From Oceanospirillaceae bacterium (GTDB lineage Bacteria; Pseudomonadota; Gammaproteobacteria; Pseudomonadales; Balneatricaceae), in contig DPHB01000024.1 in NCBI GenBank assembly GCA_003521845.1, positions 13,523-77,522 on the forward strand: 64,000 bases of DNA, in the 5' to 3' direction. The position numbers were made by a program, and so were the translations under genes. This document shows positions 29,626 to 40,100 of this stretch, in pieces. The notes under the pieces are model-generated. The model searched no databases. It was given only the letters and a program-made list of their open reading frames with translations, and was not told the DNA's origin. Position 1 is the first letter of the stretch. Each line of letters opens with the position of its first letter.

Positions 29626-30840
29626 ATGATCAAAGTAAGCAAGCTACAAGATCAAATTCGCCTGCGCCGTATCGCCTTGGCTGCTCAGGGCCTATTACAA
29701 AGCCAGCCCTTTGGGCGTGGAATTTCTGGCACTCGCAAAGCTATCCAGCACATAGGCTATGTGCAAATTGATACTATCTCCGTAGTAGAACGCGCACATC
29801 ATCATGTGCTGCGCTCACGGGTGCCTAACTATCAGCCAGATATGCTCAACCAGCTACTCGAAAAGCGCGATGTATTTGAATATTGGAGCCATGCTGCGGC
29901 ATTTTTGCCCATCGCTGATTTCCGCTTTTCCCTGCTTTACAAACAAGCCATTCAAAACGGGCAGGTACACTGGTACAAAAATCGTGATAACAAGCTCATG
30001 ACAGAGCTTTTGGCGCGTATCCGTAGCGATGGCCCATTGCGCTCTAGAGACCTCGAATCACCACCCAAGCAACAAACGGGCTGGTGGGACTGGAAACCGG
30101 CCAAACAAGCGCTAGAACAGCTATATATGGAAGGCGAGTTGATGGTAACCAACCGTGAAGGCTTTCAGAAAGTATACGATCTAACAGAGCGTGTACTGCC
30201 CTCCCATATCAATACCAGCACACCCAGCACCGAAGAGCTTGCTGAACACCTTATAGACCAGCAGCTCCGCTGTCATGGTCTAGTATCACTCAGAGGCATC
30301 ACATATTTACGTCGCAACGCGCCGTTGCGCCTGGCTGTGAAGAACATCGTGAACGCACGCCTAGCTGAGGGTGGTTTAGAACAACTCGTGCTAGACAATG
30401 AGGAGTCCTTTTTCATTACCGCAGGTGCCATGGAACAGCCACGACCAAGGCTCACTAAGCTTATGCAAATCCTCTCGCCGTTCGACAATAGCGTGATTCA
30501 AAGGGAGCGTCTAAAAAGCCTATTTCAGTTTGATTACCAAATAGAATGCTATGTGCCCGAAGCCAAGCGCCAATACGGCTATTTCAGTTTACCGCTACTT
30601 TTTGGTGATAAATTCATTGGCCGAATGGACTGCAAAACCCATCGCAAAACGCGTCATTTTGAGATCAAGTCATTGTACTTTGAACAGCACAACTTTGATG
30701 AAGATCGTGTAATATCTGCGTTCGCGGATGCCGTATTTGAGTTCTGTCATTTTCAACAATGTGACACCGCTTCGTTGCTAGAAATGCACCCCACCAATCT
30801 AACCCTAAACCTACGCAAGGCACTTGCTGCCAAGTTCTGA
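29626..30840 (+). CDS. ycaQ: YcaQ/AlkZ-family winged-helix DNA glycosylase (crosslink repair)
   Basis: VQIDTI (QxD), FEYWSH, WWDWKP, LSPFDN and YQIECYVPEAKRQYGYF. Confidence 0.9.
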   Translation: MIKVSKLQDQIRLRRIALAAQGLLQSQPFGRGISGTRKAIQHIGYVQIDTISVVERAHHHVLRSRVPNYQPDMLNQLLEKRDVFEYWSHAAAFLPIADFRFSLLYKQAIQNGQVHWYKNRDNKLMTELLARIRSDGPLRSRDLESPPKQQTGWWDWKPAKQALEQLYMEGELMVTNREGFQKVYDLTERVLPSHINTSTPSTEELAEHLIDQQLRCHGLVSLRGITYLRRNAPLRLAVKNIVNARLAEGGLEQLVLDNEESFFITAGAMEQPRPRLTKLMQILSPFDNSVIQRERLKSLFQFDYQIECYVPEAKRQYGYFSLPLLFGDKFIGRMDCKTHRKTRHFEIKSLYFEQHNFDEDRVISAFADAVFEFCHFQQCDTASLLEMHPTNLTLNLRKALAAKF

Positions 30841-30896
30841 CGGTCTGCTAATCTTAATAGAGCTACAAAGCCTATAGCCAACAAAAAAGGACGACA

Positions 30897-31349
30897 ATGA
30901 TTCCACTTAACACTGCCATCGTTTCAGGTATTAGCTTGTCAGAAATTGATGGCGAAACAAAAATGCTGCTTATGAAACGTGTCAAAGGCGAGTTTTGGTG
31001 CCATGTAGCCGGTTCCATTGAAGAAGGTGAAACAGGCTATCAAGCAATTATCCGTGAATTTTATGAAGAGACAGGCATTAGGGTATCGGCCCTATACAAT
31101 GCTCAATATTTAGAGCGATTTTATGAACCACAGATTAACGTCATTCAGTTGATACCCGTGTTTGTGGTTATGTGCCCGCCTAATCAGCCAATTCAACTCA
31201 ATCACGAGCACACCGCATATAGGTGGTGTACGCTAGAGGAAGCCAAAACACTGGCGCCATTCCCTAATCAACACGCCGTGTTTGAGCAGGTGTGGGAGTA
31301 TTTTGTAAGACGGCCGGTTAACGAAATATTTAAAGTGCAAATAGACTAG
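30897..31349 (+). CDS. NUDIX hydrolase
   Basis: GSIEEGETGYQAIIREFYEETG Nudix box. Confidence 0.9.
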   Translation: MIPLNTAIVSGISLSEIDGETKMLLMKRVKGEFWCHVAGSIEEGETGYQAIIREFYEETGIRVSALYNAQYLERFYEPQINVIQLIPVFVVMCPPNQPIQLNHEHTAYRWCTLEEAKTLAPFPNQHAVFEQVWEYFVRRPVNEIFKVQID

Positions 31350-31381
31350 GCCAGGGCCTAGAAACCAAAGAACCTTTTACT

Positions 31382-31948
31382 ATGAACCTAACTGAACTAC
31401 CAGAAAACCTGCCAATACCTACTGATGATGGTGCTGCCGATCACCTCCCAGCAAAGCCATTACCAAACATTGTGCTACCAGCAACCAACGGCGGCCAAGT
31501 GAATATCAGCCACATACCCGGCTTGCTGGTACTATACATCTACCCCATGACGGGTCGACCGGACACGCCCCTGCCGGATAACTGGGACCAAATCCCCGGT
31601 GCCCGCGGCTGCACCCCCCAGTCTTGTAGTTTTAGGGATCACTATGCAGAACTACAACATCATCAGGCCAGCGTGTTTGGCCTAAGCTGCCAAACTTCGG
31701 ACTATCAGCGAGAAGCGAAAACGCGCTTACATTTGCCGTTTGAACTACTCAGTGATGACCTGTTTGCCCTGCAACACAGCCTACACTTACCTACTTTTTC
31801 TAGCGCAGGTACAAAGCTCTATAAACGCATCACTTTAATAGCCCGCGATGGTATCATTGAAAAAGTATTTTATCCGGTATTTCCACCTAGCGACAATGCC
31901 CAGCAAGTATTGGCATGGTTGCATAAACAGGGCTATCAACATGACTGA
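31382..31948 (+). CDS. Peroxiredoxin (BCP-like)
   Basis: PGARGCTPQSCSFRD motif. Confidence 0.88.
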   Translation: MNLTELPENLPIPTDDGAADHLPAKPLPNIVLPATNGGQVNISHIPGLLVLYIYPMTGRPDTPLPDNWDQIPGARGCTPQSCSFRDHYAELQHHQASVFGLSCQTSDYQREAKTRLHLPFELLSDDLFALQHSLHLPTFSSAGTKLYKRITLIARDGIIEKVFYPVFPPSDNAQQVLAWLHKQGYQHD

Positions 31949-32348
31949 CAATGACAAGCTAATCACTGGCGAGTGCTTTTGCGGTGACATCACGTACCAA
32001 CTAGATGGGCAGCTACGTGATGCACGCTCGTGCCATTGCTCGCGCTGCCGCAAGGCGTTTAGCTCTCAAGCTTCGGCCTATGCATTGGTAGACGCCGATA
32101 AATTTACTTGGCTACAGGGGCAAGACCTACTCACTTCCTACGTTGGCAAGCATGGCTTTGGCCTGCAGTTTTGTAGCCAGTGTGGTTCTACCTTGGCGGG
32201 TGTTTACCAAGGTGCAGTACATGGCGTTACCCTAGGCTGCGTCAACGGCAGCCCTGATGTAGAAATAGGCAAGCATATATATGTCGATTCCAAAGCCAGT
32301 TGGGAGGTGATGCCTGAAGGTGTTAGCCAATTTCGAGAACGTGACTAA
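31941..32348 (+). CDS. GFA-family zinc protein
   Basis: GECFCG, CHCSRCRK and FCSQCGS motifs; ATG at 31941. Confidence 0.9.
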   Translation: MTDNDKLITGECFCGDITYQLDGQLRDARSCHCSRCRKAFSSQASAYALVDADKFTWLQGQDLLTSYVGKHGFGLQFCSQCGSTLAGVYQGAVHGVTLGCVNGSPDVEIGKHIYVDSKASWEVMPEGVSQFRERD

Positions 32349-32352
32349 GGGC

Positions 32353-32478
32353 CTAACTCCCCATGCTGGCCGGCAGAATATCAAACTTAGGCACGCCTTC
32401 TGGGAACACGGCCCATGGCGCTGCGGAGGCAGTATAAATCGCCATTTTGGGCCGCAAGTCCTATGCATTGCGTAAGGT
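32353..32478 (-). pseudogene. C-terminal remnant of a second GFA-family gene
   Basis: Reads TLRNA*DLRPKMAIYTASAAPWAVFPEGVPKFDILPASMGS*; parallels the tail of the neighbouring GFA protein (KHIYVDSKASWEVMPEGVSQF). Confidence 0.65.
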
Positions 32479-32650
32479 TGCTTCGCTGCGCTGCAATGAC
32501 AGAAAAACCAAACGTCATTGCGAGGAGGCACGACGCGGCAACCTTTAGCAGGATTGCAGTGAACTGACAGAGATTGCTTCGCTGCGCTCGCAAGGACGGG
32601 GTCTTCGTTACCCTCGCAAAGACGGGGTATGCGCTACCCTCGCAACGACG
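32476..32650. repeat. CGTC-type REP cluster with 26-bp-period tandem ends
   Basis: CGTCATTGCGAGG...GATTGCTTCGCTGCGCTCGCAAGGACG followed by two degenerate CTCGCAA.GACG units. Confidence 0.85.
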
Positions 32651-32657
32651 AGGCTTT

Positions 32658-34130
32658 TCAATGTGCTGCGGTGAGTAGTTGATATTCAGCCAAAGCAAAG
32701 TTGTCGGTCATGCCGCTGATGTAGTCCAGCAGTAGGCGCACACGGTAATAGTACTCTAACATTTCCATTTCTGTCTTATTGGTCGCTTGTTCCAACAAAG
32801 GTTGCACAACAGCTATGTAGGTACGCTTATGCTTACCGGAAAGCTTGTGGTACAAACGGGTCTCTATTGGATAGCCTTTTATAGATTGTTCTTCACTGGT
32901 AGCTAGTTCCCAAAAGTCGGTAAAGGCAAACTCTAGCAATGGTTTATAGGCCTGTAATAACCCACGAATTACAGCAACACCCTTGAGTTCAAGGTGTTCC
33001 ACTTCGGGTGTAGAGAATACCTTGCTAACGGCCACCTTCTTAAGGGTCTTGGCCGCCAAGCTATAAACATCGTTGCCTTCTATCAACGAACCATCAAATT
33101 GGCCGTGAAAAATAGCGGTGTGATTGGCTACATAATGATCAGCAGCATGTTCCACCAAGGCATTCACAAAGCGTGTACGCAAAGCTAACAAGTAACTGTG
33201 GTCCTTATCTAGAGTCTCGTCGTGGTAATCGGTCATGGCTTTGAGCAAAATACGAGGTAGCAACTGGCCGTCTTCCACGGACAAGTCATGCTGGGCTGCA
33301 GTCAACTGATACCACTGAGCAAGCAATAGCTCATGCAGTTGTTGTACAGTCAAAATACCCTTATCTACGGCATCCGCCAAATCAGCAATACAATAAGAAA
33401 TATCATCGGCGGCTTCCATAATATAGGCCAATGGAAAACGGCAGCCTTGGTCAATTTGTAAGTGCTTACCAACCTGCTTGTACAGGTCTTGCTCGGCATA
33501 GTAATAGCCCGGTTTCTTTTGTCGGTACACATTATCAGGCCTAGGTTCACCGGCCATACGGGTATATTTGAACAAAGACGCCAACTGAGTGTAAGTTAGA
33601 TTCAGGCCTTGTAAACTATGCAAAATACGTAAGCCTTGGGCATTACCTTCAAACTGGGCCAAGTCGGCAGCCAACATTGCAGCCTCTGCCTGCGCCCCAA
33701 AACGCTGCTGAAATACGGGTATTATTTGCTTTTGTAACCACTGGCTAATCACCTCTTCGCCAAGATGACCAAACGGTGGGTTGCCAACATCATGCAGCAA
33801 ACAAGCTATCTCCACGGCACTAACAAAGCCATCACTAAGCTCGTGTAAAGCACAATTTTCTAGCTCTCCCTGCTGGTCTAGCTTTTGCATAATACGCTTG
33901 CTGATATAGCGGCCTACCTGCATCACCTCTAAAGAATGGGTGAGCCGGCTGCGCACTGCGGCATTGGTTTCTAGAGGAAACACTTGGGTTTTTTGTTGCA
34001 AGCGGCGCACCGCGGCAGAATTAATTGCGCGCCCTCTATCACTTTCCATCTGCTCGTTAAAACTTCGGCCTTGCATGGAAGTTTCGCGATCTCTCACGGG
34101 TTGTAATTTAATGCGGTAGTCCAATGCCAT
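32658..34130 (-). CDS. dgt: dGTP triphosphohydrolase
   Basis: RRLQQKTQVF, RSRLTHSLEV, HDVGNPPFGH, FEGNAQ, MEAADDISY and DYISGMTD. Confidence 0.93.
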   Translation of the reverse strand: MALDYRIKLQPVRDRETSMQGRSFNEQMESDRGRAINSAAVRRLQQKTQVFPLETNAAVRSRLTHSLEVMQVGRYISKRIMQKLDQQGELENCALHELSDGFVSAVEIACLLHDVGNPPFGHLGEEVISQWLQKQIIPVFQQRFGAQAEAAMLAADLAQFEGNAQGLRILHSLQGLNLTYTQLASLFKYTRMAGEPRPDNVYRQKKPGYYYAEQDLYKQVGKHLQIDQGCRFPLAYIMEAADDISYCIADLADAVDKGILTVQQLHELLLAQWYQLTAAQHDLSVEDGQLLPRILLKAMTDYHDETLDKDHSYLLALRTRFVNALVEHAADHYVANHTAIFHGQFDGSLIEGNDVYSLAAKTLKKVAVSKVFSTPEVEHLELKGVAVIRGLLQAYKPLLEFAFTDFWELATSEEQSIKGYPIETRLYHKLSGKHKRTYIAVVQPLLEQATNKTEMEMLEYYYRVRLLLDYISGMTDNFALAEYQLLTAAH

Positions 34131-34227
34131 GGGCAAAGCCTTTATTGCTTAGTCTTAGAGAAGGGTTTATTGTATCTAAGACACTATAACTAGCAAGACC
34201 AATACCACAACAGACAGAGTAAAGACT

Positions 34228-34464
34228 ATGAAAACCATGACTTGCAGCCAACTTGGCGGCGCGTGCGACCAAACTTTTCAAGCTGACAGCTTTGAAGCGA
34301 TGGGTGAACTTAGTAAAGCCCATGCTATGGAAATGATGCAACAACAAGAACCTGCACACCTAGCCGCCATGCAGAAGATGGGCGAAATGATGCAAGACCC
34401 GGCAGGCATGCAAGCCTGGTTTGCTGGTAAGCAAGCCGAGTTTGATGCCTTGCCAGAAGACTAG
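34228..34464 (+). CDS. DUF1059-like small protein
   Basis: MKTMTCSQLGGACD..H pattern. Confidence 0.75.
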   Translation: MKTMTCSQLGGACDQTFQADSFEAMGELSKAHAMEMMQQQEPAHLAAMQKMGEMMQDPAGMQAWFAGKQAEFDALPED

Positions 34465-34475
34465 TATGGATTATC

Positions 34476-34534
34476 GGGGTCGGTGGGCCTGCCCCATGAG
34501 CATCGTGAATGCTTTGGGTACCTCAGGTCCGACC
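34476..34534. repeat. GGGGTCRGACC palindrome interrupted by a 36-bp insert
   Basis: GGGGTCGG-[36 bp]-ACCTCAGGTCCGACC; uninterrupted form at 58632. Confidence 0.75.
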
Positions 34535-34549
34535 TCAAATATAACAATC

Positions 34550-34996
34550 CTAACGCGGTTCAATCACCGTTTCGGACTTCAAAGAGTTAGCGATAAAGCA
34601 CTTCTTGTGAGCACTTTGGTGAATGCGTTCTAGCACCTCACTAGAAGGCACTGCATCAACAAATTCCACCTTCGGACGCAATACAATCTTAGTAATCGCC
34701 ATCACACCATCCTCATCTTTTCCCAAAATAGCCGTCGCTTCGTCTTCATAACTTGCCACTGGAAAACGTTTGATGCGAGCAATGGCCAAGAAGAACAACA
34801 TATGACACGAAGACACAGAACCCACTAATACCTGCTCTGGGTCAGCCATATCTGGATCACCCAAAAAGTCGGCGGCGGCAGACATACCTAGTTGCTGCTT
34901 ACCATCGATATCTAATACGTGATTACGGCTGTAATCTTCGGCCTTGTCAGGGTGAGGTTGGTTGCTCCAACTAACGTTAACGGTATGTTCGCTCAT
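34550..34996 (-). CDS. OsmC-family protein
   Basis: YSRNH, DPEQ..SSCHML and AHKKCFIANS motifs. Confidence 0.9.
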   Translation of the reverse strand: MSEHTVNVSWSNQPHPDKAEDYSRNHVLDIDGKQQLGMSAAADFLGDPDMADPEQVLVGSVSSCHMLFFLAIARIKRFPVASYEDEATAILGKDEDGVMAITKIVLRPKVEFVDAVPSSEVLERIHQSAHKKCFIANSLKSETVIEPR

Positions 34997-35103
34997 GATT
35001 GCATCACGGGTAATGGTGTATATTGGCTATGATGACAGCTATAGCATCAAAAACCTTGTCACGGATCAATATATATTAGTATTACCGTATATAAAAACAA
35101 ACA

Positions 35104-37194
35104 CTACAGGTGCCCCATCAAACCACTGGCCCTAACCACCTTTCGAGTCATGGCCTGTTCCAGCACCTGCTCGTCACCATAAATTAAGGAAAACATCCGT
35201 TTCGCTCTGGTTATCCCTGTGTAGAGCAGCTCTTTTGTCAACACTGGGCTGCTGTGGTCAGGTAACATTAATAAGGTATGTTCAAACTCAGAACCTTGAG
35301 ACTTATGCACAGTCATGGCAAATACCGTATCAACAGAACGTAAGCGGCTTGGTAGCACCCAGCGTACCCCGCCGGCGCCATCGTTAAAAACAACCCTAAG
35401 CAGCTCTTCTCCAGCAGCCGTATCGTGATAAGGCAGACAAACACCAATGTCGCCATTCATAAGCTTCAAGTGATAGTCATTACGGCTCACCATCACTGGA
35501 CGCCCCGCATACCAATCGGCTTCACCAACATTTAACCAGTCAGCATCTTGCAGCAGGTGCTGAATAGCCCCATTCATACCTGCCACGCCCCATTCACTCT
35601 GGCGCAAAGCAACTAGTAACTGAAACCGGCCGTGAGCCTCTAAAACCGCTCGCCCCCAAGTGTCAACATCACCACCTTGTGACCCCTGTTGAACTAGCCG
35701 TAGGTAGCCAGCGTAGCCCTCAGTGAGCAGTTGCGCTAGCTCTTGTGTTAACCAGTTAACTGGCGCTGTTCCGCTTGCGGGCGGTTGATACAGCAAGCGT
35801 AATTGGGGTTGGCGTTTTTTCTTGCTAGCCAAGGTTTGTTCTTGCGCCACAATGGCTTGCAAGTCTTGCCAAGGTAACAAGGTACGCTGCCCTTCATACA
35901 AGCCTTCGTTAACCAAGCTTGCTAAGGCATGAATGCTACCGCCTTGTTGAAAGCGGTGGCTTATACGTAACATAGTAGTCGCTTGCGCCAGACTAGTGCC
36001 ATCACTAGCACAGTACCTATCCGGAATCTGGTCACCACTGAAGTTACGTAGCCAAGCTAAGGTGTCGGCCAGGTAGCGCCCGTCACTCGCTGCCGAGCAA
36101 AGGTCACCCAGTACAGACCCCGCTTCCACCGAGGCTAATTGGTCTTTGTCGCCGATTAAAATCAAACGCGTGTGCTTATCCAAGGATTGCACCAACGAGG
36201 CCATCATTTCTAGGTCTACCATGGACGCCTCGTCCACCACTACTATATCCGCAGCCAGCGGGTTATTAGCATGGTGCCGAAACAGACGACTGTTGGGCAC
36301 AGTGCCGAGTAAGCGGTGTAAGGTTGTCACTTCTGCAGGAATCACTTGGCGTAGCTGTGCCGCATTAAAATGCTCACCATCAGGAAAGTCTTGCTTTTGT
36401 AAATTACTCGCAATGGATTCGTTTAAGCGCGCCGCAGCCTTACCCGTGGGGGCAGCTAGCTTAATATGCAAAGCCGGTAGTTGTTGCTCTAGCTGCGTTG
36501 CCTGCAGCAAGGCTAATAAGCGTAATACTGTGGTCGTTTTGCCCGTACCTGGGCCACCGGTGATAATGGCAAAATTACTACGCGCCGACAAGGCCACTGC
36601 CGCACGCTGCCAATCTACCTTTTCACCAGCAGTAAAAGGCTGCGCAAACAAGTCTTTAATGATAGCCTGCGCTTGCTCTGGCAATTGCCTAGCGACACTA
36701 GTCTGCTTAGCTATAAAGTCAGCCAATAATTGCTCGCACTGCCAATAGCGCCTTAAGTACAACAAGCTTTGTGCATTGCTAGTATCCAACACTAAAGGTG
36801 TATTTGCACCAGCATCAATAGCCTCAGTTGCCACTGTGTCAATGGTCGCCACTGCCAGACTAGCGCCGATGTCAGCTAGCCATTGGCGCAAGCTAAGTGT
36901 ACTCATCAAGGCTAGCAACGCGCTTTCAAAGCTACGTTTAACTGGCAACAGCTCTCGTGCTACCCGATCTTCGGCAGCTAAACCAAAGTGAGCTAAGGGG
37001 TCGGCAATGACCGCTGCTAAGTCTACACATACATGGCCCATAGCACTGTGCCGGCTAGCTAACAGTATGGCAAGGCTTTGACCATCAGTGAGGGTTTGTA
37101 CCTGCTGACGTTGAATAAGCTCCACCAAGGCCACATCAACATCACGCACTATTTGTAATTGCAGAGCTTGCTGAAATAGAAGATTTAACGCCAT
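35104..37194 (-). CDS. recD: Exodeoxyribonuclease V alpha subunit
   Basis: TGGPGTGKT, APTGKAAARL, VDEASM, GDKDQLASV and TVHKSQGSE. Confidence 0.97.
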   Translation of the reverse strand: MALNLLFQQALQLQIVRDVDVALVELIQRQQVQTLTDGQSLAILLASRHSAMGHVCVDLAAVIADPLAHFGLAAEDRVARELLPVKRSFESALLALMSTLSLRQWLADIGASLAVATIDTVATEAIDAGANTPLVLDTSNAQSLLYLRRYWQCEQLLADFIAKQTSVARQLPEQAQAIIKDLFAQPFTAGEKVDWQRAAVALSARSNFAIITGGPGTGKTTTVLRLLALLQATQLEQQLPALHIKLAAPTGKAAARLNESIASNLQKQDFPDGEHFNAAQLRQVIPAEVTTLHRLLGTVPNSRLFRHHANNPLAADIVVVDEASMVDLEMMASLVQSLDKHTRLILIGDKDQLASVEAGSVLGDLCSAASDGRYLADTLAWLRNFSGDQIPDRYCASDGTSLAQATTMLRISHRFQQGGSIHALASLVNEGLYEGQRTLLPWQDLQAIVAQEQTLASKKKRQPQLRLLYQPPASGTAPVNWLTQELAQLLTEGYAGYLRLVQQGSQGGDVDTWGRAVLEAHGRFQLLVALRQSEWGVAGMNGAIQHLLQDADWLNVGEADWYAGRPVMVSRNDYHLKLMNGDIGVCLPYHDTAAGEELLRVVFNDGAGGVRWVLPSRLRSVDTVFAMTVHKSQGSEFEHTLLMLPDHSSPVLTKELLYTGITRAKRMFSLIYGDEQVLEQAMTRKVVRASGLMGHL

Positions 37195-40100
37195 TACACA
37201 ATCTCCCCGCCAACACCTTGGAAGAGCTTATCCAAGCCTTCAATCAAAGCTTTTGCTGGCTTATCCATCAGTAAGCCTTGGGTATCTGGGTTGCCAATGC
37301 CACGCAAAAAAACATACACAGCACCACCTACATGCTGGTCGTAATCGTAGTTGGGCAAACGTGACTTAAGCAAGCGATGCAAAGCCAAAACATACAAGAT
37401 GTACTGCATGTCGTAACGCTTGTGCAACAAGGCATCTCGCAAGGCTTCGTGGGTATAGGCACTGGCATCTTCACCTAAGAAGTTACTCTTCCAGTCCACC
37501 ACAAAATATTGGCCTTGGTGCTCTATCAATAAATCGATATATCCCTTGAGCATGCCATTTAACTGTTTGGGGTCTGCCTGGGGGCGAGTTTGTTGCTGCC
37601 AAGTATGCTGACACACCAAGTTATCCATGGCCCGGACATCGACCTGTTTGGTAGAGAGTAAAAACTCCATTTCTACCAGTAGTTGTTGCGCGTTTAAACT
37701 TTGTAGTTGCATCGGTGCGCTAGATAATTCTCCTAGCTGCCACGGCATCTGCAAAAACTGTAGCAACCACTCATCAACTGCAGAAACCCATGCATCAAGC
37801 TCTAAGGGTAACAGGTGAGCTTGTACAATCTTCTGCCTTGCCGGCTGATTAGCTATTACCTCGGCAAACCCCAAGGTGGCACAGTCTTCCAGCATTTCAT
37901 GCAGCATAGTACCGTACAAGGCCCCCTTAGGAAGGTTGTGAATATTGGCGGCTTGCTCTTCCAATGCGGCCGCGCCCCCATCCATGTCGACAAACTGATG
38001 CTGCTCTTCTAGCAAAATAGCATCTTGGGCTGTGTCGGGAGCATTTTCCACTCCATCTTCTACTACGCCCACTACCGATACCGAGTCTTTTTGGCTGCTA
38101 AAGTTCAAGGCCGAATAACTAGCTGTGTACCAATTTTTTACCTTTATAGCCGGTGCCTGACGGGCACCCTGCCATTGCCTCTCATGCGTATTCTGCGGTA
38201 AATAAGTGTGTTCTTCTGGGACTGGTTGAATGGGTAAATCTTGAGCCAGTGTTGTCATGTAGTCACTAAGCTGCCCCACGGTTTCTGGCAACATCAATAA
38301 GCAACCCAAACCAGACTTATCGTGGTTTTTTACCTCACCTAAGCCTAGATACTGGCAGCAAGATGCACGGGTTAAGGCCACATACAATTTACGAATTTCT
38401 TCTGTTTGGCGCTCGTGTTCTACCGCAGCCAAAATGGCTTTATCAGCCACCAATGCCACTTGTTTTTGGTGTTTAATATCGTGATAAACCAGCGGCATAT
38501 CCGTGCTTTTTGCCAACCGCGTTTTATTCAAAAAAGGCAAAAATACCACGGGATATTCCAAACCTTTGGACTTATGAATAGTCACCACCTGAACCAGGTT
38601 GCTATCACTCTCTAGGCGCTGTTGTTGGCTAACATCTTGGGTGTCTGGGTTATCCAGCAAGGTTTCAAAATAGCGCACTAAGCTAAGTTCACCATCCAAT
38701 TGCATAGCTGCCTGTTGTAGCAGCTCGGCCATATGCAACAAATCAGTTAGTAAGCGCTCACCGCCCACCACAGACATAATTCTAGAAGCGGCATGACTAT
38801 CAAAGATCACTTGATAAATTAAGGCTAGCACGCCTTTACTCTGCCAAAGCTGATGGTAACCATGGAAACGCTGCACCTGTTTTTCCCATGCCAACTCGTC
38901 TCGTTGCAAGGCATCCATATCAGCTAGGTCTAAACCTAGTAACAAGGTAGGTAACACCATATTAAGTAAGCGATCATCATCAGGGTGGGCCACGGCACGC
39001 AACAGCAATAACACATCCTGAGCAATAGGCGTGGTATAAACACTGCTCGCATCAGACAAGTAGACACTGGCTATACGGCGTTGCGCTAAGGCCTTGCGCA
39101 CAGCGCTAGCTTCCTTTTGATTCGCCACCAAAATCGCCATATGCTTGGGTGCTAGTGGTTGCTGTTGGTCGCCTTCTTGTAGCACGGCCTTGTTGTCTGT
39201 CGACAAGTTCAATAAGCGCGCCACTTCATTGGCGGTCGCAGCACTCATCTGTTCCACATAGGATTTGTCAACGATGGCTTTGCCTGGCTTATCGACCTCG
39301 GCTAACCAAGCCACTTGAGAGCTTTGTGCTTGGCCGTCTAAAATCAGTTGACGCCGCGTCTTTTTGCCAGCTTCCACGGCCACAAACGGCAAAGGGTTGT
39401 GACTATCCTGACGGAAGCGAAAAGCGCCCAAAGCATGGCTATCACCATAGCTAAACAAGCCATTTACGGCAGCGATCAAATTAGCGTCAGAACGAAAGTT
39501 ATGCTTAAGCGTATAGTGGTGCCCGCTAGTGTGTTCTCGCGCTTGTAAGTAGGTGTAGATATCACCACCACGAAAGGCATATATTGCCTGCTTGGGGTCA
39601 CCAATCATAATGAAACCGGCGTCTGGGCAACCGTCACGAATGCCATATACACGGTTAAATATATCGTACTGCACTGGGTCAGTATCCTGAAATTCATCTA
39701 CCAAGGCCATCGGAAAGCGCTGGCGTATAGCTTGCGCCAGCTGCACGCCACCGGAGCCGTGCAAGGCTTGTTGCAAACGCAGCAACAAGTCATCGTTACT
39801 CAACAAACCTAACTGCTGCTTCTTGGTGGCTAGGTGTTGATTAAACCAGTGACAAGCATCGGTCAGTATTTGAGCGTCAGGACTAGGCAGTTGCTCAGCC
39901 AAATCCAAAGCCGCCGCAAGGTGCTTTGCTGCGAGCAAATCTACCTGCACTTGCTCTAGGTCTTTCCATATAGACAGATCTTGCATGGCTAACCGCTGTA
40001 AGCCTTTATTCACCTCTAGCTTACTATCATCGCTATGTACGAAGTCTCTGATTTTAGCTAACGCTTTGGCTTTGTTGGCACTATTGAGGCCAGCAGCTTT

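Noticed and set aside
32577..32650. Three units with 26-bp period resembling a mini CRISPR array
   Set aside because: No unique spacers, degenerate units matching CGTC REP ends, and no cas genes
32232..32698. ORFs of 99 and 103 aa between GFA and dgt
   Set aside because: Translations of repeat DNA and an off-frame pseudogene
32658..34130. dGTPase as an anti-phage system
   Set aside because: Looks like ordinary housekeeping dgt in host-like sequence with no defence neighbours; only a phylogeny could exclude it fully
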